Of a stretch of DNA of 64,000 nucleotides, positions 14,145 through 27,479 are shown piece after piece. Within the stretch, counting starts at the first letter, position 1. Every line of letters begins with the position of its first letter. The stretch is from contig MCFH01000049.1 in NCBI GenBank assembly GCA_002104945.1, positions 1 to 64,000 on the forward strand, written 5' to 3'. A program made the translations under genes and the position numbers. This stretch comes from Piromyces finnis finn (Eukaryota > Fungi > Neocallimastigomycota). The notes beneath the pieces are model-generated. The model was not told the origin of the DNA. It saw only the letters and a program-made list of their open reading frames with translations, and searched no databases.

Positions 14145-16451
14145 TATTAAAAAAGGAAGGGTTAAAAGTTGATACTAATAAAAATACTTTAAATATGAAT
14201 TTTGCAAATTCACAAAAAAAAAAAAAATAATTCAACGTTCATTGCTGGTGATGGAAAATTTTCATTTTCATTGTAGGAATGAAGGAAAAAAAATAAAATT
14301 AAACAAATGCTTCTTTTTGAAATTGTACTTTTACTTTTTAAAAACTTATTTATCATAAATGATTAAACTAATGGAATCTATTTTGTTGATAATATTTATA
14401 ATACTATGTAGGCTAAATTTACATATGTAAATATTATTAAATTACTAATCGTGATAAATATTTTAATGGATTTAAAGATATAAATATATTGAATAGTCTT
14501 CAATTAAAAAAATGGTAATGTTAAGTAAAAGATTATTTACATTTATAGTTCGTTGTTATTACTTTAAATTTTTAAAAAATATGAATTTAATTTGATATAA
14601 TGTTATTTAATAAATTATAATATTTATTTATTATACATATTTACTAACTATTTATTTCGATTAAATTGAACTTTACTACCTTAAATAGCAAAGTATAATT
14701 TTAAATACATAATTTATTTATATTATTTTTATTATTTACTTTAATATTAACGACCAATATCTTAAACAATTTAAACTGTGCATTTGAGTATCATTAATAG
14801 TTATATTATTAATATAATAATAAGGTATTAATATATTAATGCTTAATATGATAATTGCTATAATATTCAACTTAGTAACACTAAGTTTGATTAAGATTAT
14901 CTATTGAATGATAATAATAAAAAATAGTAATATAAATATATATATATAATTTCCTCTGTTTAATAAATAGGTAAATGTTTAATTTTTAATAATTCTATAA
15001 TAATTCTATACTTAAGTTTTATTTTATTCAAATTCAAAATAATAAAATACACAATAAATAATTTAATAAATAAATACCAAATAAACAAATAGGTAAATCA
15101 ATAGAGAATATGTTTCATTTTTATCTTTTAAATAAATCAATTAATAGTTAAACTTTGTTCAATTTAAATTATACTTAAACTTTTACCTTTTTTTTTTTTT
15201 AAATTTAAATTCACTATAGATTAACAGTAAAATAAAAATATTATAATAAAAATTTATTGGTGGCTAAGTTAAAAAAAATAAAAATTCAATTTTTAATATT
15301 TTCAAAGATTAGTAGGATTACATTTATAAATATATTTCTTCAACCAATAACATTTTTAATTTTATTTTTATTATCGACATTAGTAGCATTAATTATTAGG
15401 GAAATAGGATAAAATTAATATTTACACTATTCTAAAAAGAAAGGTGTAAGAGCTATATTTTTTTCAATTTCAATTAAAAAAATACTATTTTATTCAATTT
15501 TGTACTAAAAATTAAATAAAATATTATTTTTTTTTATTTTTTGTTGAAAATACATTATATAAGATAGTGCTTAAAATATTTAAAAAATAAAGTAATATAG
15601 TAATTAAAAATTATTAAGATGCAACATTTTTTCATAACAATATAGATGTAATTTAGAATCTTTATTTAAATTATTGATATAGTTAATGATTAATATATAT
15701 TACAACTTTTGAAGAATATAAATATTGATGAAATTAAATTTACTATCTCTGTCATTTTTAAGTTGCAAAGCTTTGAATTTAAATTTTTAAAATATTGACT
15801 TTCTCTAACTATTTTGATAGTTAATGATATTCTTAGTACATTATATTAATTGATATATATTTATATATTTTAATATAAACATGAATCTTTTGAATTATCT
15901 AATAACCTTTTCTAATATATTTATTTTTTAGTATTAGTGAATTTTAAGGAAATTCAAAATTTATAAAGCTGTTCAATAAATTATAATTTAACTCAAAAGA
16001 TAATTGGAAAAACTTATTTAATTTCATTTATAAAATTATAAAAAATATAAATCAATCAAGTTTCAATTTTAAATTGTAAGATATTAACATTTAATTCATT
16101 TTGTAAATACATCCTTTTTTGATAATAGTAAAATTTAGGACAACATTTTATTATTATTTAGTATCACAACAAATATATAAAAAGTTTAGTTTGTGGCTTT
16201 ATTCTAATAAAAATTTGAAAAGTTTTTATTATTAGTTTTTTTTTAGAACAATATTATATATTAAATTTATTAATTATTAACCATTTAAAATGTAAAATAA
16301 AAAAAGTAAAAAAAAAATTATAAAAGAAAACAATAAGAAACAAGAAAAATATTACTATCTTTTTCATAACAAATAAAAAATAATAATAAGTAAACATAAC
16401 AAAAAGAGTAATTAATTGAAAATAGTTTAAAATAAGAGAAAAATTTAAAAA

Positions 16452-18981
16452 ATGGTAGAAAGGAATAAAAATCCAATTTCATTATCATTAATGGTTTCTG
16501 ATGAAGCTATTAAAATAGATGAGTCAGAAACAATAAATATTATGATAGATGAATTAAAAAAAATCCATGTAAAAAATTCACTATTCAAAATTTAAAAAAT
16601 TAGTAATTAATAATAATCGATATGTCTATCAAGATATTGACAATAATATTAGGAAAAATATTAAAAATTTTTTTCTATTTTATTTGAGAAAGCTATTAAT
16701 ATGGATATATTAGAAATAAGTAATGTATATACAATAGAACTTCCCAAAGAAATAGAATGGTTAACAAAATTAACCGATTTAAATCTTAAACATAATTATA
16801 TATCTGAATTACCAAGAGAAATAGGAAACTTGACCAATTTAATAAATTTAACTGTTGAATATAATGATTTGATAGAATTACCAAAAGAAATAGGAAATCT
16901 AATCAATTTGATAAATTTATCTCTTGAATCTAAATGGATTGTAAAACTACCCAAAGAAATAGGAAATTTGACCAATTTAAATGTTAGCCATAATAGACTT
17001 AATGAAATACCAAAAGAGATAGGAAACTTGATTAAATTAACAAATATAAGTCTTAAACATAATGAATTAAACAAATTACCAAAAGAAATAGGAAATTTAA
17101 CTAGTTTAACTAGTTTAAACCTTTGCCAAAATCAGCTTTGTAAATTACCAAAAGAAATAGGAAATTTAATTCATTTAACTACTTTAAATATTAATGAAAA
17201 TCAAATAATAGAATTTCCAAAAGAAATTATGAATTTAAAAAAATTATCTTTATTTATGTATAAATTAAATCATTTAACCAAATCACCAGAAAAAATAGGG
17301 TGTTTATCTAATTTAAAATGTTTAAATCTTTTTAATAATGGATTAAAGGAATTACCAAAAGAAATAGGAAATTTAAATCATTTAAATATTAAAGGTAATC
17401 ATTCAATAAAATTCGCTGGAGAAATTAAAGGTTTATACAATTTAACAAACTTAAATCTAGAGGAAATTCAATTAGAAAATATTCCAAAAGGGATATTATA
17501 ATTAACCAGATTAGAGATTCTAAACCTTGGATGTAACAAATTAACAGAAATACCAAAGGAAATGAAAAATCTTACAAATTTGACTTTTTTAAATCTTAAA
17601 TTTAACCAAATAACTGAATTATCAAACAAAATAGGAAAACTTTCGAATTTAATAGCATTAAATTTAATACATAATGAATTAACTAAATGACCAAAAGAAA
17701 TAAAGAAAATGAAAAATTTATCAAATTTATATCTTTCTATTAATCATATTACAGTATTACCAGAGGAAATAGAAAATTTAACAAATTTAAAAGAATTCTT
17801 TCTAGATGATAATAAATTAACTGAACTACCAAAAAAAATAGAAAGTCTTACCAAACGAACAAAATTATATCTTCATTATAACCAAATTGCTGAAATCCCA
17901 AAATAAATTGGAAACCAAACAAAATTAACGAAATTAAATCTTGAAAATAATCAACTACCAGAAGAAATTGAAATTTTACTAATTTAAAAGATTTGAATTT
18001 TAAAAACAATAAAATGGTCGTAGTATCAAAACAAATCAAAAGTTTAACTAATTTAGTAGTATTGAGTCTAGATAATAACCAATTAAGTGAATTGCCAGAA
18101 GAAATAGGAAATCTAACAAATTTAAAAGGTTTACAGATTAATAATAATAACATAACTAAATTACCAAAAGAAATTGGGAATTTAAATAATTTAACAAAGT
18201 TATCACTTTCTAATAATGAACTAATTGAAATAACGAAAGAAATTGGAAGATTGACTGAGTTATCATGGTTACGTTTAGATGAAAATAAATTAACCAAATT
18301 ACCAAAAGAAATAGGGAATTTAACTGCTTTATATAGCTTAAATATTGGTAATAATAAAATAACAGAAATACCAAAAGAAGTAGAAAAATTAACTAGTTTA
18401 TATAATTTAATTGTTAATAATAATGACTTTAATAATAAATTATTAGTAAAATACCCTGCCCAAAAAGAAGAATTAGCACGGTTAATAAAACTTGATGTTG
18501 ATGAACCTTTATCTATTATACAATATGATTACACCTTTGAAAGTAAAGAAATAAATTTTAGAAAAAGAAAATTAACAGAATTACCCCATGATATATTAAA
18601 TATGAAAACCTTAGATAGTATGGATATAAGCGATAATCAATTAACAAATATACCTCTTTATTAGTCCCAATATAAGAAAAATAGATATGCATAATAATAA
18701 CTTTCAAAACATATCAGATAATATATGGAGTTTACATCATTTGAAAGAAATTATTTTAGATAATAATATTTTTACTCCAGAATATAAAAAATAAACAGAG
18801 TAAAACTTTTCCTAAATCCAAATAATTATATATATATTATCGTAAAACTCCTTGTTTTAAGTAAAATAAAATGTCCACTTTCAGATAATGATTTAATTAG
18901 AATATTTGATTTTTCCCATGTTTATTTATCACGTAAGTCAAATATCCCAAAATGGATGAAATCATTACATTTTTCTTATAA
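16452..18981 (+). pseudogene. Decayed paralog of the intronless LRR gene at 8246-10414
   Basis: Collinear N-terminal domain (SDEAIKIDESETINIMIDELKKIHV vs SDEDIKIYESEIIDIMIDKLKEIHV), LRRs and C-terminus (LSIIQYDYTFESKEINFRKRKLTELP). Broken into ORFs 16701-17501, 17709-17906 and 17993-18664 by several frameshifts and a TGA at ~17688 replacing Leu of LPKE. Confidence 0.88.
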
Positions 18982-21627
18982 TTAATTTTTTTTTTTAGTT
19001 TCTATCATTCATTATAATTATAATGATTATATATTATATATTCACTTTTTATTAATATTAAATTTAATAAAAAAGATAAATCATATAGGAAGAAGCTATA
19101 ATCATTATACAACTACTACATCTGCTATTATTATTATTATTACTACAAATAATATTATATTTAATTATTATATTGTATTATTTAAATATTTTCTTTGTGA
19201 CAACAGTAAAATAAAAAAAGAAAACCATCACTTTATCAAAAATTTAATGAAAAAAAAAACAACTTACTTTTATTTATACTTAACAGTATATTTTGATAAT
19301 AAATCTGAATGTGTCTTGAAATATTATTTTAAACAGATGCATTATATTAATACAATAATATTAAAAAAAAGGTTTATATGCAATAAATTTTTTTTTCTAA
19401 AATTGTATATAAATAATAATGTATTGATATTTAAATATAATAAGATATATATTCAATAGATAAGTTTCAAATTATTATAACCTTTCCTATATATAGTTAA
19501 TACTATTATTATTCAATTTATGTATTCTAAATAGATAATGAATAAATTTATATTAACCTTATAATATACATTTACTTATTTTATTTATTCCATAATTTTT
19601 TTTATTAGTCATTAAAGGTATAAATGTTTTGAATGGTTTTTTAACTAAAGAAATAGTAATGTTAAGTAATAGTTTATGTAATATTATTAATTCATTATAA
19701 TTTTATTATTATTACTATTTATTTTAATATAATTAAAAAGATTTTTAAATCAATATTAAAATTATAGAAAAAATAAACTAAAAATCCATTATATATATAA
19801 ATTTAACCCCTACAAAATATTATAAATATTATCAACAATATAGATTTCACTAGTTTAATCGTTTAAATACAAATTCAAAAAGTAACCTTTATTTTTTTTT
19901 ATATAATAATTTAAATTATAATTTTGAAATATATATAAATAAAAAATTCACTAAAAAATTAAAATTTTTTTTAAAAAAAAAAAACAGAATGAAAGAAGAA
20001 AAGCAATTTTATTCATTTTAAAAGTGTAAAGAAAGGAAATTTACTGCAAAATTTATTTATTTAAAATCTTTTCAACGTCATTCAATGCATACTGGAAAAG
20101 TAAAATAAAAGGAAGCATTGTTAATATTTTTAATCTAAAAAAATAAAAAAATATTCAACTGGAGGAACAAGAAAAAACATAATAAAATCAGCAATGAATT
20201 TAATTTATTTGATATTGAACCAATATGAATTAACATTAAACAAAGAAAGAGGTTTATGTAATTGACTTGTCAAAATAGTTTGGATTATTTTTTTTTATTA
20301 TTTTATAGAGTCTTGGTTTTTTTTACATGAGATGAGATTAATTACAATTATAATGCCTAATTTAATAATAATTATATTTGACATATATACCATTATAAAT
20401 AAAATATAATATGAAAAATAATAAAAAAGTAAAATGAATCTATGATTTTAATTTATTTTATTATATCATTTTTTTTTTTTTTTTGTTTATCTAATCTCAT
20501 ATATATCAAATTAATATTAACTATTTTTATAGTATTATTAATACAATAGATTTTATAAACAATATTTCAAAATACTATATGTAAGTAAATAACATTATTT
20601 AAAATTGTTTAATTGCCTGGTTGTAATTAAATTTCTTTTGTGAGGATTTAATAAAATAGTATTATTTCTTTTTTTAATTCATCATCATCATCATTATTAT
20701 TATGGTATAAGTCTGAAGGAAAAAAGAGAGAAAATAACAACAATAACAATGGTGTAAATATTTTAAAGGAATGAACTATTAAAGAAATTTAATAAAAATA
20801 ATGGTTATGTTGATAAAACATGATTTATATGGTGTATGGAATTAAGTGTTGTAGAAATAATAACTTGTCAAAAAAGATTTAGAAAATCATTAAATCTAGT
20901 TATGTTAAATTCTTTTATAGCAAAAACGAAAATGATAAAAAAAGTCAGTTATGAATTTCATATATTTTTAGAAAAAGCGGATATAAAAAAGATTTTTTAA
21001 AAATCTTCAAAGAACGATCCCAGTGATATATTTAAGTTTTTATAATTTTTAAAGATAAAACAAAAGAAGAATTTTAGGAATGTTTTTTAAAATAAAAATA
21101 GTCGACCTATACGAATTTAATAAGGCACAAAAAAATTAGGTAAATTATATCATAAACGTTATTATTTATTTCATCAATATATATATATATATTTATTTTA
21201 ATTGTTATCCTTCCCTTTGAAACCATTAAATTTAACCATAATAAATTTTATTCATGGCTAGTTTTTTCCTAATAAAAATTGACGAAGGAAGGTTTTAAAT
21301 TTATTATTTTAATATAAATATTTTATTAGAAATTAAATTAATTTTTTTTTATTATTGGTATCTCCCATTGAATAACATCCCCTTTTTTTCAAATTTAACA
21401 TTTCAATACAATGCACTTTAATAATTAAAAAAAAAAGAATGATGCTAAAGAAAATAAAATAAATAATAAAAGGATTTAGCCATAAACAAAACAAAACTTT
21501 TTTTTTTAAGTTATTCTTTAAAATCTAATATTTTTTTTTTTTTTTGAAATTTGGTTTTAAAATGCCTTTTTTTTTTTTATTTTTCAAATTCTTATTTTTT
21601 TTTTAATTTATGCCATTCAATATTAAT

Positions 21628-22120
21628 GTTACACCAATTTAATTACTTATGTTATCATTATTGATGTAACATAAATACTGACGTTTATTGGTTCATACAT
21701 TTTCTTTTATTAAAATTTATATTAATTTTATATTAAACAGAAAAACAAATAAATTATTATTTATAAATAAAAATTCAATTTATTTAATATATTTTAATAA
21801 AAATACAGAAATTTAAATTTCCATAATAAAAAATTAGAAATTAAAAAATTTTTTTTTATATTATTCATAATCATGACTCAAATCATTAATAATTGGTATA
21901 ACAACCTTTTTTGTTATTAGTTGAATTAAGATTATTGTTTTTATCTTTGTTATTTTTCTTATTATTTATTCATCCTTTCAACCAAGTTTAAATATTTATT
22001 ATTTTAAAAAGAAAGAATTAAAAGAAAATAATCAAATTTTAATTTTATTTAAATTAAAATTTTTGATGATCCATTTTTTGATTATTAAATTTTATTTGAG
22101 AAATTTAATGGTTACACAAA
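21628..22120 (+). promoter_or_regulatory. Pair of GTTACAC(C/A)AA motifs upstream of 4TM gene A
   Basis: GTTACACCAA 21628-21637 and GTTACACAAA 22111-22120; the same pair lies upstream of paralog C. Function is inferred. Confidence 0.35.
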
Positions 22121-22264
22121 AAAAGGAAAGAATATAAATTGAAGGAAAAATTTTTTTTTTTATTTTTTTGCTAAAAAGGAATTAAAAGTAAAAAAAAAAA
22201 AAAAAAAAAATAAAAAAAATAATATTTATAATAAAGTAAAAAATAAATAAAAAAGTAAATAAAA

Positions 22265-23269
22265 ATGGGTTTTTTCGATAAATGTTTATGCTGTTTCTGC
22301 TTATCAAAAGAAGAATCAGTTAAAGTTGCTACTTTATCAATGATTGTAAGTTAAATTTCAATAATTCAATATTATATATAAAATTATAATACTAAATTAG
22401 AAAAAGAATATAAATATTTTATTCATTAATACATAATGTTATTTAAAACATATAATGTCGGTAAAATTGATATTAAAAAGATTATAGAAATATTATATTC
22501 TATTTTTCAATTATCCGTAAAGAATTTAGTTTCTTTTGTATTTTCCATTCTTTCAATTGCTCTTATTATATCACTTGTACTCTTTATTATCGGTATCAAA
22601 AATGTAACTATTAATATTTTGAATTATAATATACTTCTTGGATAAAAAATAAATAAATAAAAAAGATTAATATTTAAAATTAGTTACTAAGAAAATAATT
22701 ATTTTTATTTTTATTGTTGTTGTTGATATTATTATATTAGGATAATACAAAATATATAAATCAATTCAAAACATTTTCTGGAACAATTCTTGCTATTCAA
22801 GTAATATTATTAATTAAATCTATTATTAATAGTACTATGGAATATTCAAGTGCTACAGATATCGAGAAAATTGAAGAAATAAAAATTGATATGGAAAATA
22901 ATAATGCTAATATGGATATATCAAATGAAAATATTATTTCCTTAATTAGAACTATTGCTCTTGGAAGTATTATATTATCTATTGTTTTTATTCTCATTGA
23001 TGTAAGTATATAATAAAAAAAACGTCACATACAACTTGAAATATAAATCAATAATAATTATAGATATGATATACTTATTTTAAAATAATTTTTTTTTTAA
23101 TTAGATTGATTACTATATCTCTACTACATATTACATTAAAGAACTTCTTCAAATCATTGATAGTAAAAATATGGCTATGATGAAAGAAGAAAGTATTCAA
23201 ATGATGAACAATTTATCAAGTAATATATCCAATTCTAATAATTTATCATTCTGTTATTCCAATAATTAA
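22265..23269 (+). CDS. Four-TM membrane protein with N-terminal Cys cluster, gene A, 209 aa, 4 exons
   Basis: Exons 22265-22345, 22481-22603, 22741-23001, 23105-23269; GT-AG phase-0 introns; open spliced frame MGFFDKCLCCFCLSKEESVKVATLSMI|IIEILY...; same exon structure as gene C. Confidence 0.82.
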
Positions 23270-24171
23270 TCAAATAATTATTATCAATAAATCAAACAAA
23301 TAATAAGAATAATAAAACAATTTATTTATTTAATTTATTAAAAATAAAAGTAAAAAAAAAAAAAAAGTAAAATATCATCATAATTTTTTTTAAAAAAAAT
23401 TATAGTAATGAATCTATAAATCAAAATAACTAAACAAAACAAAACAAAAAAAAAAAAAAAAACATTTTTCGAAATAGTTTCGTCATCTCATTATTTATTA
23501 ATTATGATTTTGATGATTAAACCATTGTATATAAAATAAAATAAAAAATATTGAGTATATTATATTTTTTGTATATAAATACTTAAATAAATATATATAT
23601 ACTTTATAATTATTATAATATAAATACATAAAAAAAAAATTATTAAGATATAAACAAAAATAAAAAATAAAAAGAATTATAGAAACATATTACCATAGAA
23701 ATAGATTATAGAAATCAATAATTACAAATAATAAAAACTAATAATGAAAATAAAAATATTTATTTTTAAATTGACTAAGTTATTTTTTAAAAGATTTTCA
23801 TTTTATTAAATATTTTTTTTTTTATTTATGAAATAGTTGTAGAATGGTAAATTACATTTTCTTTTTATTTTTTTTCTCTCTTATTATATTTAAAATATTT
23901 AAAAACCTACAAGTATTATTATTATTATTATTATTCTAATTATTATTAATGAGCATTCGTTCTTTTTTTTAAATTTAATATAGAAATTTGATTTTTCCAT
24001 ATTAGAATCAATAAAAGCGATTATTGATTCTAATACCTTTTATTATCATTCATTCATGTTTTAATTAGTAATATTAGAATAAAAAATTATTACATGGAAA
24101 TTAATTTTTTTTTAAATATTATAATTTATCGTCAATATTACAAATACTCTTATTTTTATCATACTCTACTA

Positions 24172-24999
24172 CTATACTTTACTTTTACTATTTTTTTTAG
24201 CATTTTCATATATATTATCCCATTCCTTATTTAATTTTTCATTATATTTTTTATAAATACGAAAAGAAAGAGATACTTTACAATAAAACTTTAAACATTC
24301 ATAGTCCATAGTAGAATCTAATATATTAACAATAAAAACGTTTTCATTACTTGGAGGATTAACAACGAAAACCTCTCGTAATTTACGATAAATGCGAACA
24401 ACATGCAATTTAAAATAACAAAATTTTACATATTTAAAAAGATGTTCGGACGAAAAAACGGTTTGCGTAATGAGGACTAAAAATTCAAGATTTTTAACTT
24501 CAACCAATAAGAAAACAAATAAAACAATAATAACAAATGCTTTAAGACTTTCAAAAATAGTCATTTTTTTTACTATAAATTTCGTGAAAAATACATTTTC
24601 AAAAGTATTAAGACCCATTTTTTTTATTGATTCTTTTTCTTCATTATTATAATAGTCTCTGGAAGTTGTTTTATCAGTAATTGCTACATTAAAGGAATCC
24701 TTGATAAATACCTTTCTTCGTTCGTTTTCAGCCACATTTTTATAGTAAATATCGTTAAAATTAGTCAAGAGGATGTAGGTCAAACTAGTTAAAATATTTA
24801 TTATAAAGAATAAATCTTGATATTCAAATTCAATAATTGTAATACCGGATACCACCAAATTAATGTAAAATAAAAAATCTGTAATATTTTCTAAAGTATC
24901 AACTCTTTTAAATAGTTTACCAACATCATCTTTTTCTTTTTGACCTTTTTCAATTTTTTCCTTTGTTATATTATTATTTTCATTATAAAGGTTAATTTG
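24172..24999 (-). CDS. Intronless four-TM protein, downstream copy; no in-frame ATG at its N-terminus
   Basis: Frame open from 24999 to the stop at 24172. Homology to 24992-25816 starts at DDVGKLFKRV, upstream of the TTG start used by the ORF track. Shared motifs ERRKxFxKxSFNV, YYNNxEKESIKKMG, YECLK, KEWD. Confidence 0.7.
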   Translation of the reverse strand, partial: QINLYNENNNITKEKIEKGQKEKDDVGKLFKRVDTLENITDFLFYINLVVSGITIIEFEYQDLFFIINILTSLTYILLTNFNDIYYKNVAENERRKVFIKDSFNVAITDKTTSRDYYNNEEKESIKKMGLNTFENVFFTKFIVKKMTIFESLKAFVIIVLFVFLLVEVKNLEFLVLITQTVFSSEHLFKYVKFCYFKLHVVRIYRKLREVFVVNPPSNENVFIVNILDSTMDYECLKFYCKVSLSFRIYKKYNEKLNKEWDNIYENAKKNSKSKV

Positions 25000-25816
25000 T
25001 TAAAGTTTCTATTTTTTTATGATAAATAATGTCCCATTCTTTTGACAGAGTAGGATTGTACTTTTCAAAAATACGTGAAGAAAGAGATATTTTACAAAAA
25101 TATTTCAAGCATTCATAATTCATTGTACAATCAAGAATACGAGCTATGAAAATATTTTCTTCTTTAGGTGGAGAAAGGATAAAAATATTGTAGATCTCGT
25201 CATAAATAAGTTCCACTTGAGTTTTGAAATGACGAAATTTAAGAAATTTAAATATAAATTCAAATAAAAATAAAGTTTGACTAAAAATTAATTCAAATCC
25301 TTTTAAATCTTTTACTTGGACAAGTAAAATGAGGAAAATAATAGAAATTGTTGTTATTTTTATTGTTTCACCTCGAGCCATTTTATTTGAAATAAAACGA
25401 GTAAAAAATAAATTTTCAAAACAATTTACACCCATTTTTTTAATGGATTCTTTTTCCAAATTATTATAATAATTTTTTGTTTCATTTTCTGTAATATTGA
25501 CATTAAATGAATTTTTGAGGAATCCTTTACGACGTTCAATTTCTACTGAATTTTTTAAATAAATATTAATGAGATTTGTCATAATAACATAACTTGTACT
25601 CAAAAAAATTGTTGTGAAAATGAAATAATTTTGAAATGGTGATGTAATTAATGATGGTACTAATATACCAAAATTGATATATACTAATGTATTGGCTATG
25701 GTTTCATAAAAATTAATTTTATCATAAAGTTTACCAATATCATCTATGACTACAATTTCTTTTTCTTTTTTTTTTTTTGTTTCGTTTCTTAAAGCATCCT
25801 TTTTATTATCCGCCAT
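24992..25816 (-). CDS. Intronless four-TM protein, 274 aa (2TM-soluble-2TM-soluble), bacterial-like
   Basis: ATG-initiated 274-aa ORF with four hydrophobic segments; aligns over its full length with 24172-24999. Confidence 0.85.
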   Translation of the reverse strand: MADNKKDALRNETKKKKEKEIVVIDDIGKLYDKINFYETIANTLVYINFGILVPSLITSPFQNYFIFTTIFLSTSYVIMTNLINIYLKNSVEIERRKGFLKNSFNVNITENETKNYYNNLEKESIKKMGVNCFENLFFTRFISNKMARGETIKITTISIIFLILLVQVKDLKGFELIFSQTLFLFEFIFKFLKFRHFKTQVELIYDEIYNIFILSPPKEENIFIARILDCTMNYECLKYFCKISLSSRIFEKYNPTLSKEWDIIYHKKIETLTN

Positions 25817-27479
25817 CTTTCTTTTTTTTTTTTTTTTTTTTTTTTTTTTATTTATTTTTTGATAAAAAAAAAATTAAATCAATATAAATAGTTTTAATTA
25901 TTGTTATATATAGTATTTCCCTTTATTATATTTTTATTGTAATTATGTAATTATATAATATTATTATTTGATTATAGTATTTTGTTGTAGTTATTTTTAC
26001 TGTTACTGTTGATGATTTTTTTGTTAAATGAATAGAAAAGAAAAGAAAAAAAAAATTGTCCCAGTTTTATTTATTAAATTTATTATACAAAAAAATTTAA
26101 TTATATATAAATATAATATATAATTTTTTGATATATTAATTTTCATTTATATAGTATTAAAAAAATTTATTTAAAAAAAAAAAAACACACATATACATCG
26201 ACCCAATTTTCGAATAATTAAAAAAAAAAAAAGGATTATTATAAAAGAAAAAAACAATTAAAAAAAGAATTATGTTACTTCAAAAGAACTTTTTTTTCCT
26301 TTTCTTATTTTTTTTAATTTAAAGATTGGACAGTTAACAGTATTATATAGTATTTCCTTCAAATTCTCTAATAATAATAATAAAAAAAAAATTAATTGAT
26401 AGAATGGTTGAATTAATAATTATATATATTCCTTTTTAAAAGATTTTTATTTATTATAAAATAATAATAAAAGTTGGAGTAAAAAGAAAAATATATATAT
26501 TGTAATTATACATTAAGTAGTTCATACCTTCATTCCTTCTTAATAATATATATATATTTTATATCAAACTTTAATGATAAAATTTTATATCTAAAAAATT
26601 GAATCATAGTTAAAAAAAAAAAAAAAAAAGCTTATTTATCAATAAAATTAAAATATAATATGTTTTTCTTTTTTCAATTTAATTAATGATTTTAAAAAAA
26701 CATACTGATTTATATAATAAATAATATTAACGAATTATTCAAACATTATATTATATAACAAATTTAAAAGAAAACATGTTAAGTAAAGAAGTAAATTATC
26801 TTTATCTAAAAATAAAAATATCAATAGTTTTACAGTATTAATTTTAGAATCTATTAGGAATACTTATTTATTATCTTAACTTTTATTTATATTAAAACCG
26901 TTTAAATGATAAATAATGTATTAAAATATTATAATATCGAAAGAATAAATAATAAATGGTACTAGGATATTTTAAATATTTTATTGCTATATATTTTTTA
27001 TTCAAATACATCCTATAATATAGAATATTTGAATGACGCTGTTAATGATTGTTGTGCTTATTATAGATGTCATTCTTGTTCGAAATGTTTAACCAGCAAA
27101 TATATTGATAATACTCTCAACAAAAGAAGAATCAATAGTTTATTATAGTTCGATTTATCAAGGCACTACAATTTTTAAAAGTGAATATTAGTATGTGTAT
27201 TGTAGTAAATCAATTAGTGATACATGTAAAAGTAATCATAAATATTATAAATGTTTTTCTAAGTAATATATAGATAGAAAATTTCATGGGACAAACCTAT
27301 ATCAATGATTCTGATAGTATGATACCAACATTACTACATATTCCTGTAATGCTTATGATTATGGTTAATTTTTGTTTTTGGTGTTGTAATATATATATTT
27401 TTTTGGTATAAAACCAAAAATGATGAAAACAAAAAGAAATTAAATCATAACATTAGAATATAACATTTGATATTATTTG

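Noticed and set aside
14145-16400. Weak similarities among AT-rich intergenic tracts (e.g. 5450-5640 vs 19130-19300; 190-330 vs 12420-12560)
   Set aside because: Too short and low-complexity to separate from background by eye; needs a composition-aware alignment.
20700-21130. Slightly GC-richer stretch with short coding-like fragments
   Set aside because: Stops in all frames and no family motif recognised.
22797-22997. Antisense ORFs 22797-22997, 24470-24652, 33932-34240, 56410-56601 and alternate-frame 33889-34218
   Set aside because: They overlap better-supported genes on the other strand or frame.
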